64,000 bases of DNA, taken from Dehalococcoidia bacterium (GTDB lineage: Bacteria; Chloroflexota; Dehalococcoidia; Lucifugimonadales; UBA3495). Both the position numbers and the translations under genes were made by a program. Every line of letters starts with the position of its first letter. Position 1 is the stretch's first letter. The stretch spans positions 1,317,035 to 1,381,034 of the forward strand of contig CBDANJ010000008.1 of NCBI GenBank assembly GCA_965197545.1. The letters are read 5' to 3'. Below are positions 55,342-64,000 of this stretch, piece by piece. The notes under the pieces are model-generated. The model worked only from the letters and a program-made list of their open reading frames with translations. It was not told where the DNA came from and searched no databases.

Positions 55342-58254
55342 CTATCCGTCGTCGGCGACACCAACGGCTTGCCTCTCCGCGCGAGTGCCGTTGAGGAGGT
55401 CTTGGATATAGCGTCCGGTGATCGATTCGGCCATCCCGGCCAACTCCTCCGGCGTGCCCGTGGCGATGAGTTCGCCTCCCAGGTCTCCTGCCCCCGGTCC
55501 AAGGTCGATGATCCAGTCGGCGTTCCTGATTACGTCCAGGTTGTGCTCGATCAGGATCACGGTGTTTCCCGCATCAACCAGCCGGTGCAGCACGCGCAGC
55601 AAGGCGGCGCAGTCTTCGAAAGACAGGCCCGTGGTTGGCTCGTCCAGCAGGTAGAGGGTCTTGCCCGTGGCGCGGCGGGAAAGCTCCGTGGACAGCTTCA
55701 CCCGTTGCGCCTCGCCGCCCGACAGCGTGGTCGCGGGCTGGCCCAACCGGATGTAGCCTAGCCCGACGTCCCGTAGGGTTTCCAGCTTGGGCCGGATGCG
55801 CGGGAAGTTCTCGAAGAACTCCAGAGCCTGGGCAACCGTCATGTTCAAGACATCGGCGATGCTCTGACCCCGGAGCGTGACTTCCAGCGCCTCCCGGTTG
55901 TACCGGCTGCCGTGGCATATTTCGCAGGGAACGGTGACATCCGGGAGGAACTGCATCTCGATCTGGTTGTAGCCTTCGCCGCGGCACGCCTCGCAGCGGC
56001 CTCCCTTGACGTTGAAGGAGAACCGGCCAGGCTTATAGCCCCTAACCCTGGCTTCGGGTAGGTTGGAAAACAGCTCCCGAATCGGCGTAAAGGCCCCGGT
56101 GTAGGTCGCGGGATTGCTGCGGGGCGTCCGCCCGATGGGAGATTGGTCGATGTTCACCACCTTGTCGACGTTCTCGATTCCAACGACCTCGTCATGCTTT
56201 CCGGGTAAATCTCTGGCGCGGTAGAGAATCTGGGCCAACCTCTTAAAGAGGATGTCGTAGATCAAGGTGCTCTTGCCAGAACCGGACACCCCGGTGACGC
56301 ATACGAGTTGGCCCAGGGGAAACTCGACGTCTATACCCTTCAGGTTGTTCTCCCGCCCGCCGCGGATGGCCATAAACTTGCCGTTGCCTGGCCGCCGCTC
56401 ATCCGGAACAGACACCTTCTTCCGGCCGCTTAGGTATGCGCCGGTGAGGGACTCCGGGGCGTCCATTACGTCCTGGAGCGTGCCTGCCACCACCACCTTC
56501 CCGCCGTGCTCTCCCGCTCCTGGGCCGAGGTCGGCGATGAAGTCGGCGGCGCGCATCATCGCTTCGTCGTGCTCCACCACGACCACCGTGTTGCCCATGT
56601 CCCGCAGGCTGCTCAACGTGCCAATGAGCCGGTAGTCGTCTGCTGGGTGCAACCCAACCGTCGGCTCGTCGCAGACATAGAGCACTCCGGTAAGCCCCGA
56701 GCCAATCTGTGTAGCCAGGCGGACCCGTTGGGCCTCGCCGCCTGAGAGGGTGCGGGCCGTGCGGTCCAGGGTCACATAGTCCAGGCCAATGTTCTCGAGG
56801 AACCGCAGCCGACCTTCGATCTCTTTGAGTATCTGGTTGCCGATGGTCTTCTGGCGGACGGTCAATGTGGAGCCGAAATGTTTGACCGGGGCGTCGGGAT
56901 CGATGTCTTGTACCCAGTCCAGGGCTTGCCCAATGTTCCTGGCGCAAACATCCATGATTCCCGACTCGCAGACCTTTACGGCCAGCGCTTCGGGACGCAG
57001 ACGCTTGCCTTCGCATGCACGGCAATTCCGAGCCGCCATGTAACGCTCGATGTCCTGGCGGGTATGGTCCGACTCGGTCTGCTTGTAACGCCGCTCTAGG
57101 TTGGGAATCACACCCTCGAAGGATGTGTCCCAACTGTAGGTACGCCCCCGGTGGGTGCGGTGGCGAACCGTTACTTTCTTCGTTCCGTTGCCGTAGAGGA
57201 CCAGGTCAAGCTGCTCTTTGGTCAGGTCCTTGACCGGCGACTTGGCGGAGAAGCCGTTGGCGGTGGCGATGGACTCCAGCACACTTACATACCAACTACT
57301 GGCGGGGCCGCTCCGAGACCAGGGGGCGATGGCTCCCTCGGTCAACGACAGGTTTTTGTTGTGGACCACCAGTTCAGGGTCTATCTCCAGCTTGTAGCCC
57401 AGACCGGTGCAATCGCTACAGGCCCCGTGGGGGCTGTTGAAACTGAAGGTCCTGGGCTCGATTTCCGGCAGGCTGGTCCCGCAGCGCACGCAGGCGAATT
57501 GTTCCGAGAATACCAACTCCTCGCCGTCTTCCACGTGGACCTGCAAAACGCCATCGCCCTCTCTGAGGGCGGTTTCCACCGACTCGGCGACCCTGGTCAT
57601 CTCGGTGTCTTCCCGCACGATCAGCCGGTCCACCACGATCTCTATGTAATGCCATTTCTGCCGGTTGAGGTTGAGGTCGCCCATCTCGTCCAGCACGTGG
57701 ACTTCGCCGTTGACCCGGACCCGGACGAATCCGCCGCTGCGGGCGGTCTCGAAGACGTCCTTGTGTTCCCCCTTCTTGCGCCGGATCTTCGGGGCAAGAA
57801 GCAGCAGGCGGCTGCCTTCAGGCAGCGACATTATGGCGTCGACAATCTGTTGGATGGTCTGCCGCTCCACCGGCCGGCCGCATTTGGGGCAGTGCGGGGT
57901 CCCGACGCGGGCAAAGAGCAAGCGCAGGTAGTCGTAGATCTCGGTGACGGTGCCCACAGTGGAACGGGGGTTGTGGGAGACGCCTTTCTGGTCGATGGAG
58001 ATGGCGGGGGACAGGCCTTCGATGTAGTCAACGTCCGGCTTATCCATCCTGCCGAGAAACTGCCGGGCATAGGCCGAGAGGGATTCCACGTAGCGGCGTT
58101 GCCCTTCTGCGTAGATGGTGTCGAAGGCCAGCGAACTCTTACCCGACCCGGAAACGCCGGTAATGACCACCAGCTTCTCCCTGGGGATGGTCACGTCGAC
58201 GTTTTTAAGGTTGTGCTCGCGCGCGCCCTTGACGTGAATGAATTCCTGGGGCAT
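55342..58254 (-). CDS. uvrA: excinuclease ABC subunit A
   Basis: [60 protein letters not shown]...; two ABC modules and zinc fingers. Confidence 0.95.
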   Translation of the reverse strand: MPQEFIHVKGAREHNLKNVDVTIPREKLVVITGVSGSGKSSLAFDTIYAEGQRRYVESLSAYARQFLGRMDKPDVDYIEGLSPAISIDQKGVSHNPRSTVGTVTEIYDYLRLLFARVGTPHCPKCGRPVERQTIQQIVDAIMSLPEGSRLLLLAPKIRRKKGEHKDVFETARSGGFVRVRVNGEVHVLDEMGDLNLNRQKWHYIEIVVDRLIVREDTEMTRVAESVETALREGDGVLQVHVEDGEELVFSEQFACVRCGTSLPEIEPRTFSFNSPHGACSDCTGLGYKLEIDPELVVHNKNLSLTEGAIAPWSRSGPASSWYVSVLESIATANGFSAKSPVKDLTKEQLDLVLYGNGTKKVTVRHRTHRGRTYSWDTSFEGVIPNLERRYKQTESDHTRQDIERYMAARNCRACEGKRLRPEALAVKVCESGIMDVCARNIGQALDWVQDIDPDAPVKHFGSTLTVRQKTIGNQILKEIEGRLRFLENIGLDYVTLDRTARTLSGGEAQRVRLATQIGSGLTGVLYVCDEPTVGLHPADDYRLIGTLSSLRDMGNTVVVVEHDEAMMRAADFIADLGPGAGEHGGKVVVAGTLQDVMDAPESLTGAYLSGRKKVSVPDERRPGNGKFMAIRGGRENNLKGIDVEFPLGQLVCVTGVSGSGKSTLIYDILFKRLAQILYRARDLPGKHDEVVGIENVDKVVNIDQSPIGRTPRSNPATYTGAFTPIRELFSNLPEARVRGYKPGRFSFNVKGGRCEACRGEGYNQIEMQFLPDVTVPCEICHGSRYNREALEVTLRGQSIADVLNMTVAQALEFFENFPRIRPKLETLRDVGLGYIRLGQPATTLSGGEAQRVKLSTELSRRATGKTLYLLDEPTTGLSFEDCAALLRVLHRLVDAGNTVILIEHNLDVIRNADWIIDLGPGAGDLGGELIATGTPEELAGMAESITGRYIQDLLNGTRAERQAVGVADDG

Positions 58255-58447
58255 ACAAACCCACCTGCCACACAATGATTCTTGGCCCATTTTAGCACTC
58301 TTGCTCAACCGCTCGCTCCACTATCTGAGATAAAATACGCGAGGTCTATGCGTTGGAAAGAGACATTTCAGCCCGCCTAACGCAGCAGATATGCACCGAG
58401 TGTTTCGGTTAAACAGGCGGGGACGCACCTTGCACCGGGAGGCCAGG

Positions 58448-58798
58448 ATGCAAACTTTCAAATATAGGTCCGCCAGTCGAGATTTACTGGGTCAAGCGAT
58501 TCGGGAACTAGCGGATGGAGACACTCGCCAGGCATCAGAGAAGGGGTGGGGAGCGGCGGCGCAGATGGCGAAAGCCGTTGCGGAGGATAGAGGCTTGCCG
58601 CACAACGCCCACGCATTGCTCTACGAAGCAATCAGGAGCATGGCGGAGGACGTCGGCGACCGGCAAATGTCGACTCTTTTTCACGTGGCCGGAAACCTGC
58701 ACACCAACTTCTACGAGGACTGGTTTTCGCCCGAAGTAGTAGCGTCAGGGTTGCGGGATGTGGAATCATTGCTGGACAAGTTGGAACCCCTCCTTTAG
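58448..58798 (+). CDS. PaREP1-like four-helix protein (paralogue)
   Basis: GGGAGG then ATG 58448; ...TRQASEKGWGAAAQMAKAVAE...LHTNFYEDWF...LLDKLEPLL. Confidence 0.55.
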   Translation: MQTFKYRSASRDLLGQAIRELADGDTRQASEKGWGAAAQMAKAVAEDRGLPHNAHALLYEAIRSMAEDVGDRQMSTLFHVAGNLHTNFYEDWFSPEVVASGLRDVESLLDKLEPLL

Positions 58799-58973
58799 CC
58801 GGACCATTCAGGTTTGTATCGACCGGCGCGTGACCATGCCGTCGTAAGAACCTCATAGCGCCTCTGGCGGTCCGTGCACCTCTGATGAAAGTCCGTGATG
58901 GAACCTCGAGAATAGTCTAAAGTATAATTGAAACTATCTTCTGCCAACCCCGGGCTCCGCAGGTGATTTCTAT

Positions 58974-59290
58974 ATGCGTAACGCACTCTACTACGGTGAC
59001 GATCTCCAAGTCTTGCGGGACCACATCCCAGACGGGTCGGTGGACCTCCTCTACCTGGACCCGCCGTTCAACTCCAACGCCTCTTACAACGTCCTGTTCA
59101 AGGAGAAGACCGGCGAAGAGTCCCCTGCCCAGATCAAGGCCTTCACGGACACCTGGGAGTGGACGTCCGAGGCAGAATACACCTTCGGCGTGGACCTAAT
59201 TCAGAACCCGAACGTTCCGTCAGCGGTCAAAGAGATGATCGGCGCGTTCCGCCAGTTCATCGGCCAAAATGCCATGATGGCCTACCTGAG
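58974..59290 (+). pseudogene. N4/N6 DNA methyltransferase, 5' fragment fused to an ISAs1 remnant
   Basis: MRNALYYGDDLQVLRDHIPDGSVDLLYLDPPFNSNASYNVLFKEK...NAMMAYL then the sequence switches to the transposase frame. Confidence 0.7.
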
Positions 59291-59962
59291 TTGCTGAAGC
59301 TGCTGGACGTGTCGGGTTGCATCGTGACCATTGACGCCATGGGTTGCCGGAAGAAGATAGCCCGGCAGATTGTGAGCCAGGAAGCCGATTACGTTCTGGA
59401 GGTGAAGGAAAACCGGCGGAAGTTGCTGGAGGATGTGGCAGACCTGTTTTCCTGCGGACAGAGGACCGGATTCGCGGATATGGAGCACGATTTCCGCCAG
59501 ACCGTGGGCAGCGGGCACGGACGCATTGAAATCCGGCGCTGTTGGACCATTGACGACCCGGAGCAGTTATCCTACCTGGATACCCGAGGTGATTGGCCTG
59601 GGTTGCGGAGCATCGGGATGGTCACGGCGGAACGATGTCAAGCGGAACGATGTCAAGCGGACCAAGTGTCGGTGGAAACCCGCTATTACATCTCCAGTCT
59701 GGAGTCGGATGCCCAGCGGTTCTTGCAGGCGACTCGAAACCATTGGGGTATCGACAATCACCTCCATTGGGTGCTGGACGTGTCCTTCAGGGAAGACGAA
59801 AGCCGGGTAAGAACCGGGAACGCACCGGAAAACCTGGCGATAGTCCGGCACATGGCCCTTAACCTGCTGCGCCAAGACCGGACCTCCAAAGCCTCTATCA
59901 AAGCCAAACGCAAGTTGGCAGGCTGGGACAATAACTACCTGCTATCCATCCTCTCCAATTAG
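59284..59962 (+). mobile_element. ISAs1-family transposase, 3' remnant (5'-truncated)
   Basis: ...PELLKLLDVSGCIVTIDAMGCRKKIARQIV...ETRYYISSL...NHWGIDNHLHWVLDVSFREDESR...; contains a 15-bp x2 duplication. Confidence 0.7.
59629..59658 (+). repeat. 15-bp x2 tandem duplication (GGAACGATGTCAAGC)
   Basis: Direct reading; encodes AERCQAERCQA. Confidence 0.9.
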
Positions 59963-60036
59963 AATGCGTTTGCCCTGGGTCAGGAGTGTTGGTTTTGTCT
60001 CCATGATATGCTCCTATTTACAATTACTCTATCGTC

Positions 60037-60570
60037 TTACTCATTCTGGCTGCTGTGTTTGGCTATCGGAGGCATTAGACCAAAGAATCGTTCCGCTTTT
60101 TTAACTACCTCGTCAACGTTATCCGTTCGGAACACTTCGGTGTGAAGTTGTTCGCAGTCTTGCGTGATACACTCAATCCCAGTTTTCTCCCATAGGAGCT
60201 TGCAAGGCTATTTCCTGATGATCTTGGAAAAAGGCGCAGATGTTCGGTGGCTCCTCAATCGTTCACCGATGTCTGTTGTAAATCCAACTTTGAAGCGCCC
60301 TGGGTCATACTGTGGCTCCAATTGGACTATGTAGAAAACTCCAGAACCCTCGGAGGGTGCCTCGCTATCAGAGTTATCCATGCCATTCAATAGCCCCCTC
60401 AGTTCTTCGTAATCATCGGCCGTGATGTACGAAATGGCTTGCCCTCGTGCTTGGTCGCTTTTCCTTTTGATAGTCTTGATCCCTAACCGGTTCACAAGTT
60501 TGTGTATAGACTGTCGCCGCCTGCCGTGAGCATCAGCAATTTCAATTATCGAAATTAGATGCTGATCCAT
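60037..60570 (-). pseudogene. HTH + T5orf172/GIY-YIG-like protein with an in-frame TAG (60208-60210)
   Basis: ...GVFYIVQLEPQYDPGRFKVGFTTDIGERLRSHRTSAPFSKIIRK-TAG-PCKLLWEKTGIECITQDCEQLHTEVFRTD... stays in one frame; the TAG sits where Trp is expected. Confidence 0.5.
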
Positions 60571-60647
60571 GTTGTCCCCCTTGGTCCCTTTGCAACGTGT
60601 GCCGGAGATAGGCGTCCAGTCTTTCATTACAGCAGGGAGAAACCGAT

Positions 60648-60835
60648 TTGCGCAACACCCTCTACTACGGCGACAATCTCCAGGTACTGCGGGACTACAT
60701 ACCCGCCCAGTCGGTGGACCTGGTCTACGTGGACCCTCCGTTCAACTCCAACGCCTCTTACAACGTGCTTTTCAAGGAAAAGACTGGCGAGGAGTCTCCG
60801 GCCCGACTCTGCCTACCGCTCTCTACCTTCACGGA
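60648..60835 (+). pseudogene. second N4/N6 DNA methyltransferase 5' fragment
   Basis: (TTG)RNTLYYGDNLQVLRDYIPAQSVDLVYVDPPFNSNASYNVLFKEKTGEESPA..., then runs antisense into the Phd gene. Confidence 0.65.
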
Positions 60836-61031
60836 CAATGTCGACTATTTCCCTACTGGTGAAGCTGAGGTCTACCGCTTCAACGTCCATCGGAGACCCT
60901 GCGGATGGCTCGGGTCTCAACACGTACACCCGGCCGTCTCTGCGGCGAATTTTTACCGCACCGTCACGATGGGCAGTGTCCAACAGGGCTGCCAGGTTCT
61001 GCCTAGCTTCCGAATACGTATAGACTTTCAC
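60813..61031 (-). CDS. Phd/YefM-family antitoxin
   Basis: MKVYTYSEARQNLAALLDTAHRDGAVKIRRRDGRVYVLRPE... Confidence 0.75.
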   Translation of the reverse strand: MKVYTYSEARQNLAALLDTAHRDGAVKIRRRDGRVYVLRPEPSAGSPMDVEAVDLSFTSREIVDIVREGRER

Positions 61032-61441
61032 GATTCGATCTCCAAGACTTGCACGCCGATCAGTGGCGCTGTATCCGTGAGCCTTAAGTCCAAGGTCAGA
61101 AGTGGAGAGCGCATATTTAGCGCGCAGGCTAATACGTACGCATCGTAAGCGTATATGCCTAACCGATCAGAGATTTCCAACGCTTGACCAAGGTCAACGT
61201 CTATGAACCGGAATGTCATTTGTTCGTAGCTCCGGACTGCCCGCTTTGCTTGGTCTAAAGAGACCCTTCGACGGCGGAACATCGCGGAGAAAGCGTTTCC
61301 GACCTCCCAGTGAATCGATGGGGGAGCGACCAAACTGGCGCCGGTAGTAAGTTCCAAAATAACCGGGCGCTCGGGCTCGTTTGCTATGACAGCTATGATT
61401 GCTGACGTGTCGACGACTACATCCACAGGGCAATTGTACAA
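61028..61441 (-). CDS. vapC: PIN-domain (VapC-like) toxin
   Basis: ...VVVDTSAIIAVIANEPE...IYAYDAYVLACAL...; ATGA overlap with the downstream antitoxin. Confidence 0.75.
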   Translation of the reverse strand: MYNCPVDVVVDTSAIIAVIANEPERPVILELTTGASLVAPPSIHWEVGNAFSAMFRRRRVSLDQAKRAVRSYEQMTFRFIDVDLGQALEISDRLGIYAYDAYVLACALNMRSPLLTLDLRLTDTAPLIGVQVLEIES

Positions 61442-61545
61442 TTGTCCCGAATCGCGGTCAACCGACGTGCAAAAGAACAGCCCCGGTACCCAGGGTTAGG
61501 CGCCACGCGACGCAAGGTGTATCAATCGACCAGAAGCCGCGACCC

Positions 61546-62925
61546 CTACTCCATCCCCAACTCGTGAGCGGCGGCTCCGATGACCCGGTCCAGGGCCGAT
61601 ACTATGTCGTCGATCTCTCCCGCCGTTACGCACAGGGGCGGGGCTATGTTGGTGATCTCGCCGCCCCGGAGCAGAATCCCGTTTTCAGACAGGGCCTGGG
61701 TGATGCGGGAGCCTAGCTCAGCTTCCGGCGGGAACTGCTCCTTCGTCTCCCGGTCCTTGACCAGCTCAAGGGCGCAGAAGAGGCCCAACCCGCGGGCGTC
61801 GCCGATGATGGAGTGCTTCTCCTTCAGTTCGTTCAGGCCGTCCAAAAGGTATGTGCCCATGCGGGCCGAGTTCTCCACCAGCCCTTCATCCTCCATGATC
61901 TGGATGTTTCTCAACGACGCAGCGGCGGCGACGGGATGGCCTCCGAAGGTGATTACGTGGCGGAACGCGGCCCGCTGGCTGCCGATGAAGGCGTCGGAGA
62001 TGGGCTTGCGGGTGATCGCCGCGCCCATGGGGATGTAACCGCTGGTGATCCCCTTGGCCACAGTCATGATGTCCGGCGTTACGCCCCAATGCTCACAGGC
62101 GAACATCTTGCCCGTGCGTCCAAACCCGGTAATGACCTCGTCGGCGATGAGCAGACAGCCGTGGCGGTCGCACACCTCCCTCAGCATGGGCCAGTAGTTG
62201 TCTCCGGGCACCACCGCCCCATAGGGGCTGGCTATGGGTTCGGCGACTACAGCGGCAACCGAGTCAGGTCCCTGGAACTTGATGATGTCTTCAATGGCGT
62301 TGACGCACTTCTCAGCGCATTCCTCGGGAGTCGTGCCGCCGTATTCGCAGCGGTATGGGTTGGGCTGCGGCCCGTGGAATACCCCACCCAGCAGAGGCTC
62401 GTAGTCTGTTTTGGGGAAGAGGGGCGTGCCGCCCAGGGAGAGAGTGGCGAAAGTTGCTCCGTGATAAGAGCCCCTGCGGCTAATAAACTTGTACCTTCCC
62501 GGCTCCCCCACCCGCTTGAAATAGGCGCGGGCCAGTTTCATCGCCGTCTCTACCGACTCCGACCCTCCGCTGGTAAAGAAGGAGCGGGACAGGTCTCCGG
62601 GAGTGATGGAGGCGATCTTTTCGGCCAGCTTGATTGCGGGTTCGGTGGTGGTGCCAGCAGGCATGTATGTTAGCTTCAGCATCTGTTCGTATGCGGCGTC
62701 AGCGATCTCGGTGCGGCCGTAGCCAACATTCTTGAGCCACAGCCCGGACATGGCGTCGATGTAGCTGTTACCCAGGGCGTCGGTTACATGGACACCCTTC
62801 CCGCCGGTGAATATCTGGGGCTCTCCCTTCTCCGCCATGTCGCTGGGCTCTCTCATATATACCCATAGGTGCTCCAGCGCCGACTCTTGAAGTTGTTGGA
62901 CTTCGGTAGCTGTGTGGGTGACCAT
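61546..62925 (-). CDS. class III (omega-type) PLP aminotransferase
   Basis: GAAGGAG then ATG 62925; ...GKGVHVTDALGNSYIDAMSGLW...FFTSGGSESVE...LLIADEVITGFGRTG...MTVAKGITSGY. Confidence 0.9.
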   Translation of the reverse strand: MVTHTATEVQQLQESALEHLWVYMREPSDMAEKGEPQIFTGGKGVHVTDALGNSYIDAMSGLWLKNVGYGRTEIADAAYEQMLKLTYMPAGTTTEPAIKLAEKIASITPGDLSRSFFTSGGSESVETAMKLARAYFKRVGEPGRYKFISRRGSYHGATFATLSLGGTPLFPKTDYEPLLGGVFHGPQPNPYRCEYGGTTPEECAEKCVNAIEDIIKFQGPDSVAAVVAEPIASPYGAVVPGDNYWPMLREVCDRHGCLLIADEVITGFGRTGKMFACEHWGVTPDIMTVAKGITSGYIPMGAAITRKPISDAFIGSQRAAFRHVITFGGHPVAAAASLRNIQIMEDEGLVENSARMGTYLLDGLNELKEKHSIIGDARGLGLFCALELVKDRETKEQFPPEAELGSRITQALSENGILLRGGEITNIAPPLCVTAGEIDDIVSALDRVIGAAAHELGME

Positions 62926-62979
62926 GATTACTCCTTCGTGATTCGGAATGGATCGTTCACACGCACTTAACATTAAGTC

Positions 62980-63000
62980 CCCTCTCCCACGGGGAGAGGG
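62980..63000. repeat. CCCTCTCCC/GGGAGAGGG hairpin repeat
   Basis: 9-bp stem downstream of the LLM gene stop. Confidence 0.6.
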
Positions 63001-63065
63001 ATAGGGTGAGGGCAGTCCCCACTGTGTGCCAACTTGGCTTTCGCCGGACGCTCCCCTCATCCTAG

Positions 63066-63087
63066 CCTTCTCCCTCAAGGGAGAAGG
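63066..63087. repeat. CCTTCTCCC/GGGAGAAGG hairpin repeat
   Basis: 9-bp stem, TCAA loop, 17 nt from the LLM gene stop. Confidence 0.6.
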
Positions 63088-63103
63088 GACTCCTAACACG
63101 CTC

Positions 63104-63985
63104 CTAACGAAACTCAGGTAAGACCTCACTCGCCAGCATCTCCATCGCGGGCAACATTTCGGCGGCGTCTCGGGTGTTGGGAGAAACGACAATGCGCCGG
63201 ACGCCAATGTCCTCGAAAGCGCGGGCTTTCTGCAGGATTTCCGCTGCCTTGTTTCCCAACGAAAATCTTCCTTCCCGGCCCTCTCCCATCGGGATGCTGA
63301 CCGACACCGGGACCGCCGACGGGTCCCTCCCAGCGGCTTCGGTACGTTCCCGCAGGTAACGCATGGCCTGGCTCAGTTCCTCGGGTGGCAACGCGGTAGG
63401 ATGCCAGCCATCTCCCACCCGTCCGGCCCGCCGTATCGCCGCCCGGCTGGTCCCGCCAATAATCAGCGGGACGCCGGACCGCTGCGCTGGTTTTGGCGAG
63501 AACTTCATCCCGGAAAAGCTGCTGAAGCGGCCCTCGAAGCTGGGGTCTTCCTGGGTCCACAGTTCCCGCATTACCGCGATAGCTTCGTCGGTGTATGCCC
63601 CTCTTTCGGCGAAGGGGACACCCATGGCCTCCATCTCCTGCTCGATGACCCCCACGCCGATACCCAGCATCAACCTGCCACCGGACATGGCGTCCAGGGT
63701 AGCCGCGGTCTTGGCCAGCCTGATGGGGTTGTGGTATGGGATAACCAGTACGCTGGTGCCAAGCAGAATTTTGGAGGTCGTAGCCGCGACGTAGCTCAAG
63801 ATGGCCAACGGCTCGTAGTAGGGCCGGTCGCCGATCCTATCGTAGACGTAGCTGGCGTTGAAAACATGCTCGCTGGCCCAGACCGAATCGAAGCCAAATT
63901 CCTCGGCCTGTTTGGCCAGGGTCAAGACGTCCTGCACGTCCTCCATGCCCTGATTGTTGGAGAGGGAGAACCCAAAATCCATCAC
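63104..63985 (-). CDS. LLM-class (luciferase-like) flavin/F420-dependent oxidoreductase
   Basis: MMDFGFSLSNNQGMEDVQDVLTLAKQAEEFGFDSVWASEHV...LDAMSGGRLMLGIGVG... Confidence 0.85.
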   Translation of the reverse strand: MMDFGFSLSNNQGMEDVQDVLTLAKQAEEFGFDSVWASEHVFNASYVYDRIGDRPYYEPLAILSYVAATTSKILLGTSVLVIPYHNPIRLAKTAATLDAMSGGRLMLGIGVGVIEQEMEAMGVPFAERGAYTDEAIAVMRELWTQEDPSFEGRFSSFSGMKFSPKPAQRSGVPLIIGGTSRAAIRRAGRVGDGWHPTALPPEELSQAMRYLRERTEAAGRDPSAVPVSVSIPMGEGREGRFSLGNKAAEILQKARAFEDIGVRRIVVSPNTRDAAEMLPAMEMLASEVLPEFR

Positions 63986-64000
63986 TGGACCTCGTTAGGT

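Noticed and set aside
57151-58278. 375-aa plus-strand ORF
   Set aside because: Antisense shadow of uvrA, which has unmistakable ABC/UvrA motifs on the minus strand.

Overview
High-GC bacterial window that mixes core metabolic genes with heavily decayed mobile and defence DNA. All calls come from reading the sequence and ORF translations. No database search was run.

**Layout**
- **1-12.8 kb:** replication/recombination module of an integrated phage- or ICE-like element. It holds a Toprim fragment, a Rad52-type annealase, a TSCPD protein, a Cas4-like PD-(D/E)XK nuclease, SSB, RadC/JAB, a frameshifted NPPY methyltransferase and a DEVH helicase. The helicase is split in its Walker A codons by a group II intron, and the intron's RT/maturase gene is itself split by an IS630-family element.
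- **12.8-24 kb:** AT-richer accessory DNA.
  - A tight five-gene minus-strand operon with an AbiJ-N/Abi_C-like protein.
  - An IS1182-family element.
  - A 596-aa internally duplicated membrane protein.
  - A UGSC-type selenoprotein gene (in-frame TGA plus hairpin). A hicAB cassette follows it, then a second diverged copy of the selenoprotein 3' end.
- **24-47 kb:** mostly housekeeping genes, interrupted by a dead IS701-like element in an LRR pseudogene and by a low-GC patch of small secreted proteins.
  - Redox and hydrolase genes: aldo/keto reductase, two amidohydrolases, an HpaB-like oxygenase.
  - Transport genes: nhaA, a family-5 ABC importer, TauE.
  - Biosynthesis and tRNA-modification genes: thrC-NIL-MoaD, tgt, aroB.
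- **47-64 kb:**
  - A Fic protein, and an IS5-family element inserted in a vapBC pair.
  - A second selenoprotein (GrdB-like, UxxC).
  - A frameshifted MmeI-like type IIL R-M gene next to uvrA, bracketed by inverted PaREP1-like paralogues.
  - A graveyard of two methyltransferase 5' fragments, an ISAs1 fragment, a T5orf172-like gene with an in-frame TAG, and a PIN/Phd pair.
  - An aminotransferase and an LLM oxidoreductase.

**Most unusual signal**
A 23-25 nt hairpin micro-insertion occurs five times in the window. It starts 5'-AGCCTGCCC, carries a co-varying G/C stem-loop and ends in a G run. It always sits at AG^GT(G/C). Four copies lie inside IS transposase genes, where they are the main inactivating lesions.

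**Caveat**
Many genes break at short homopolymers, so sequencing indels cannot be separated from real decay using this sequence alone.
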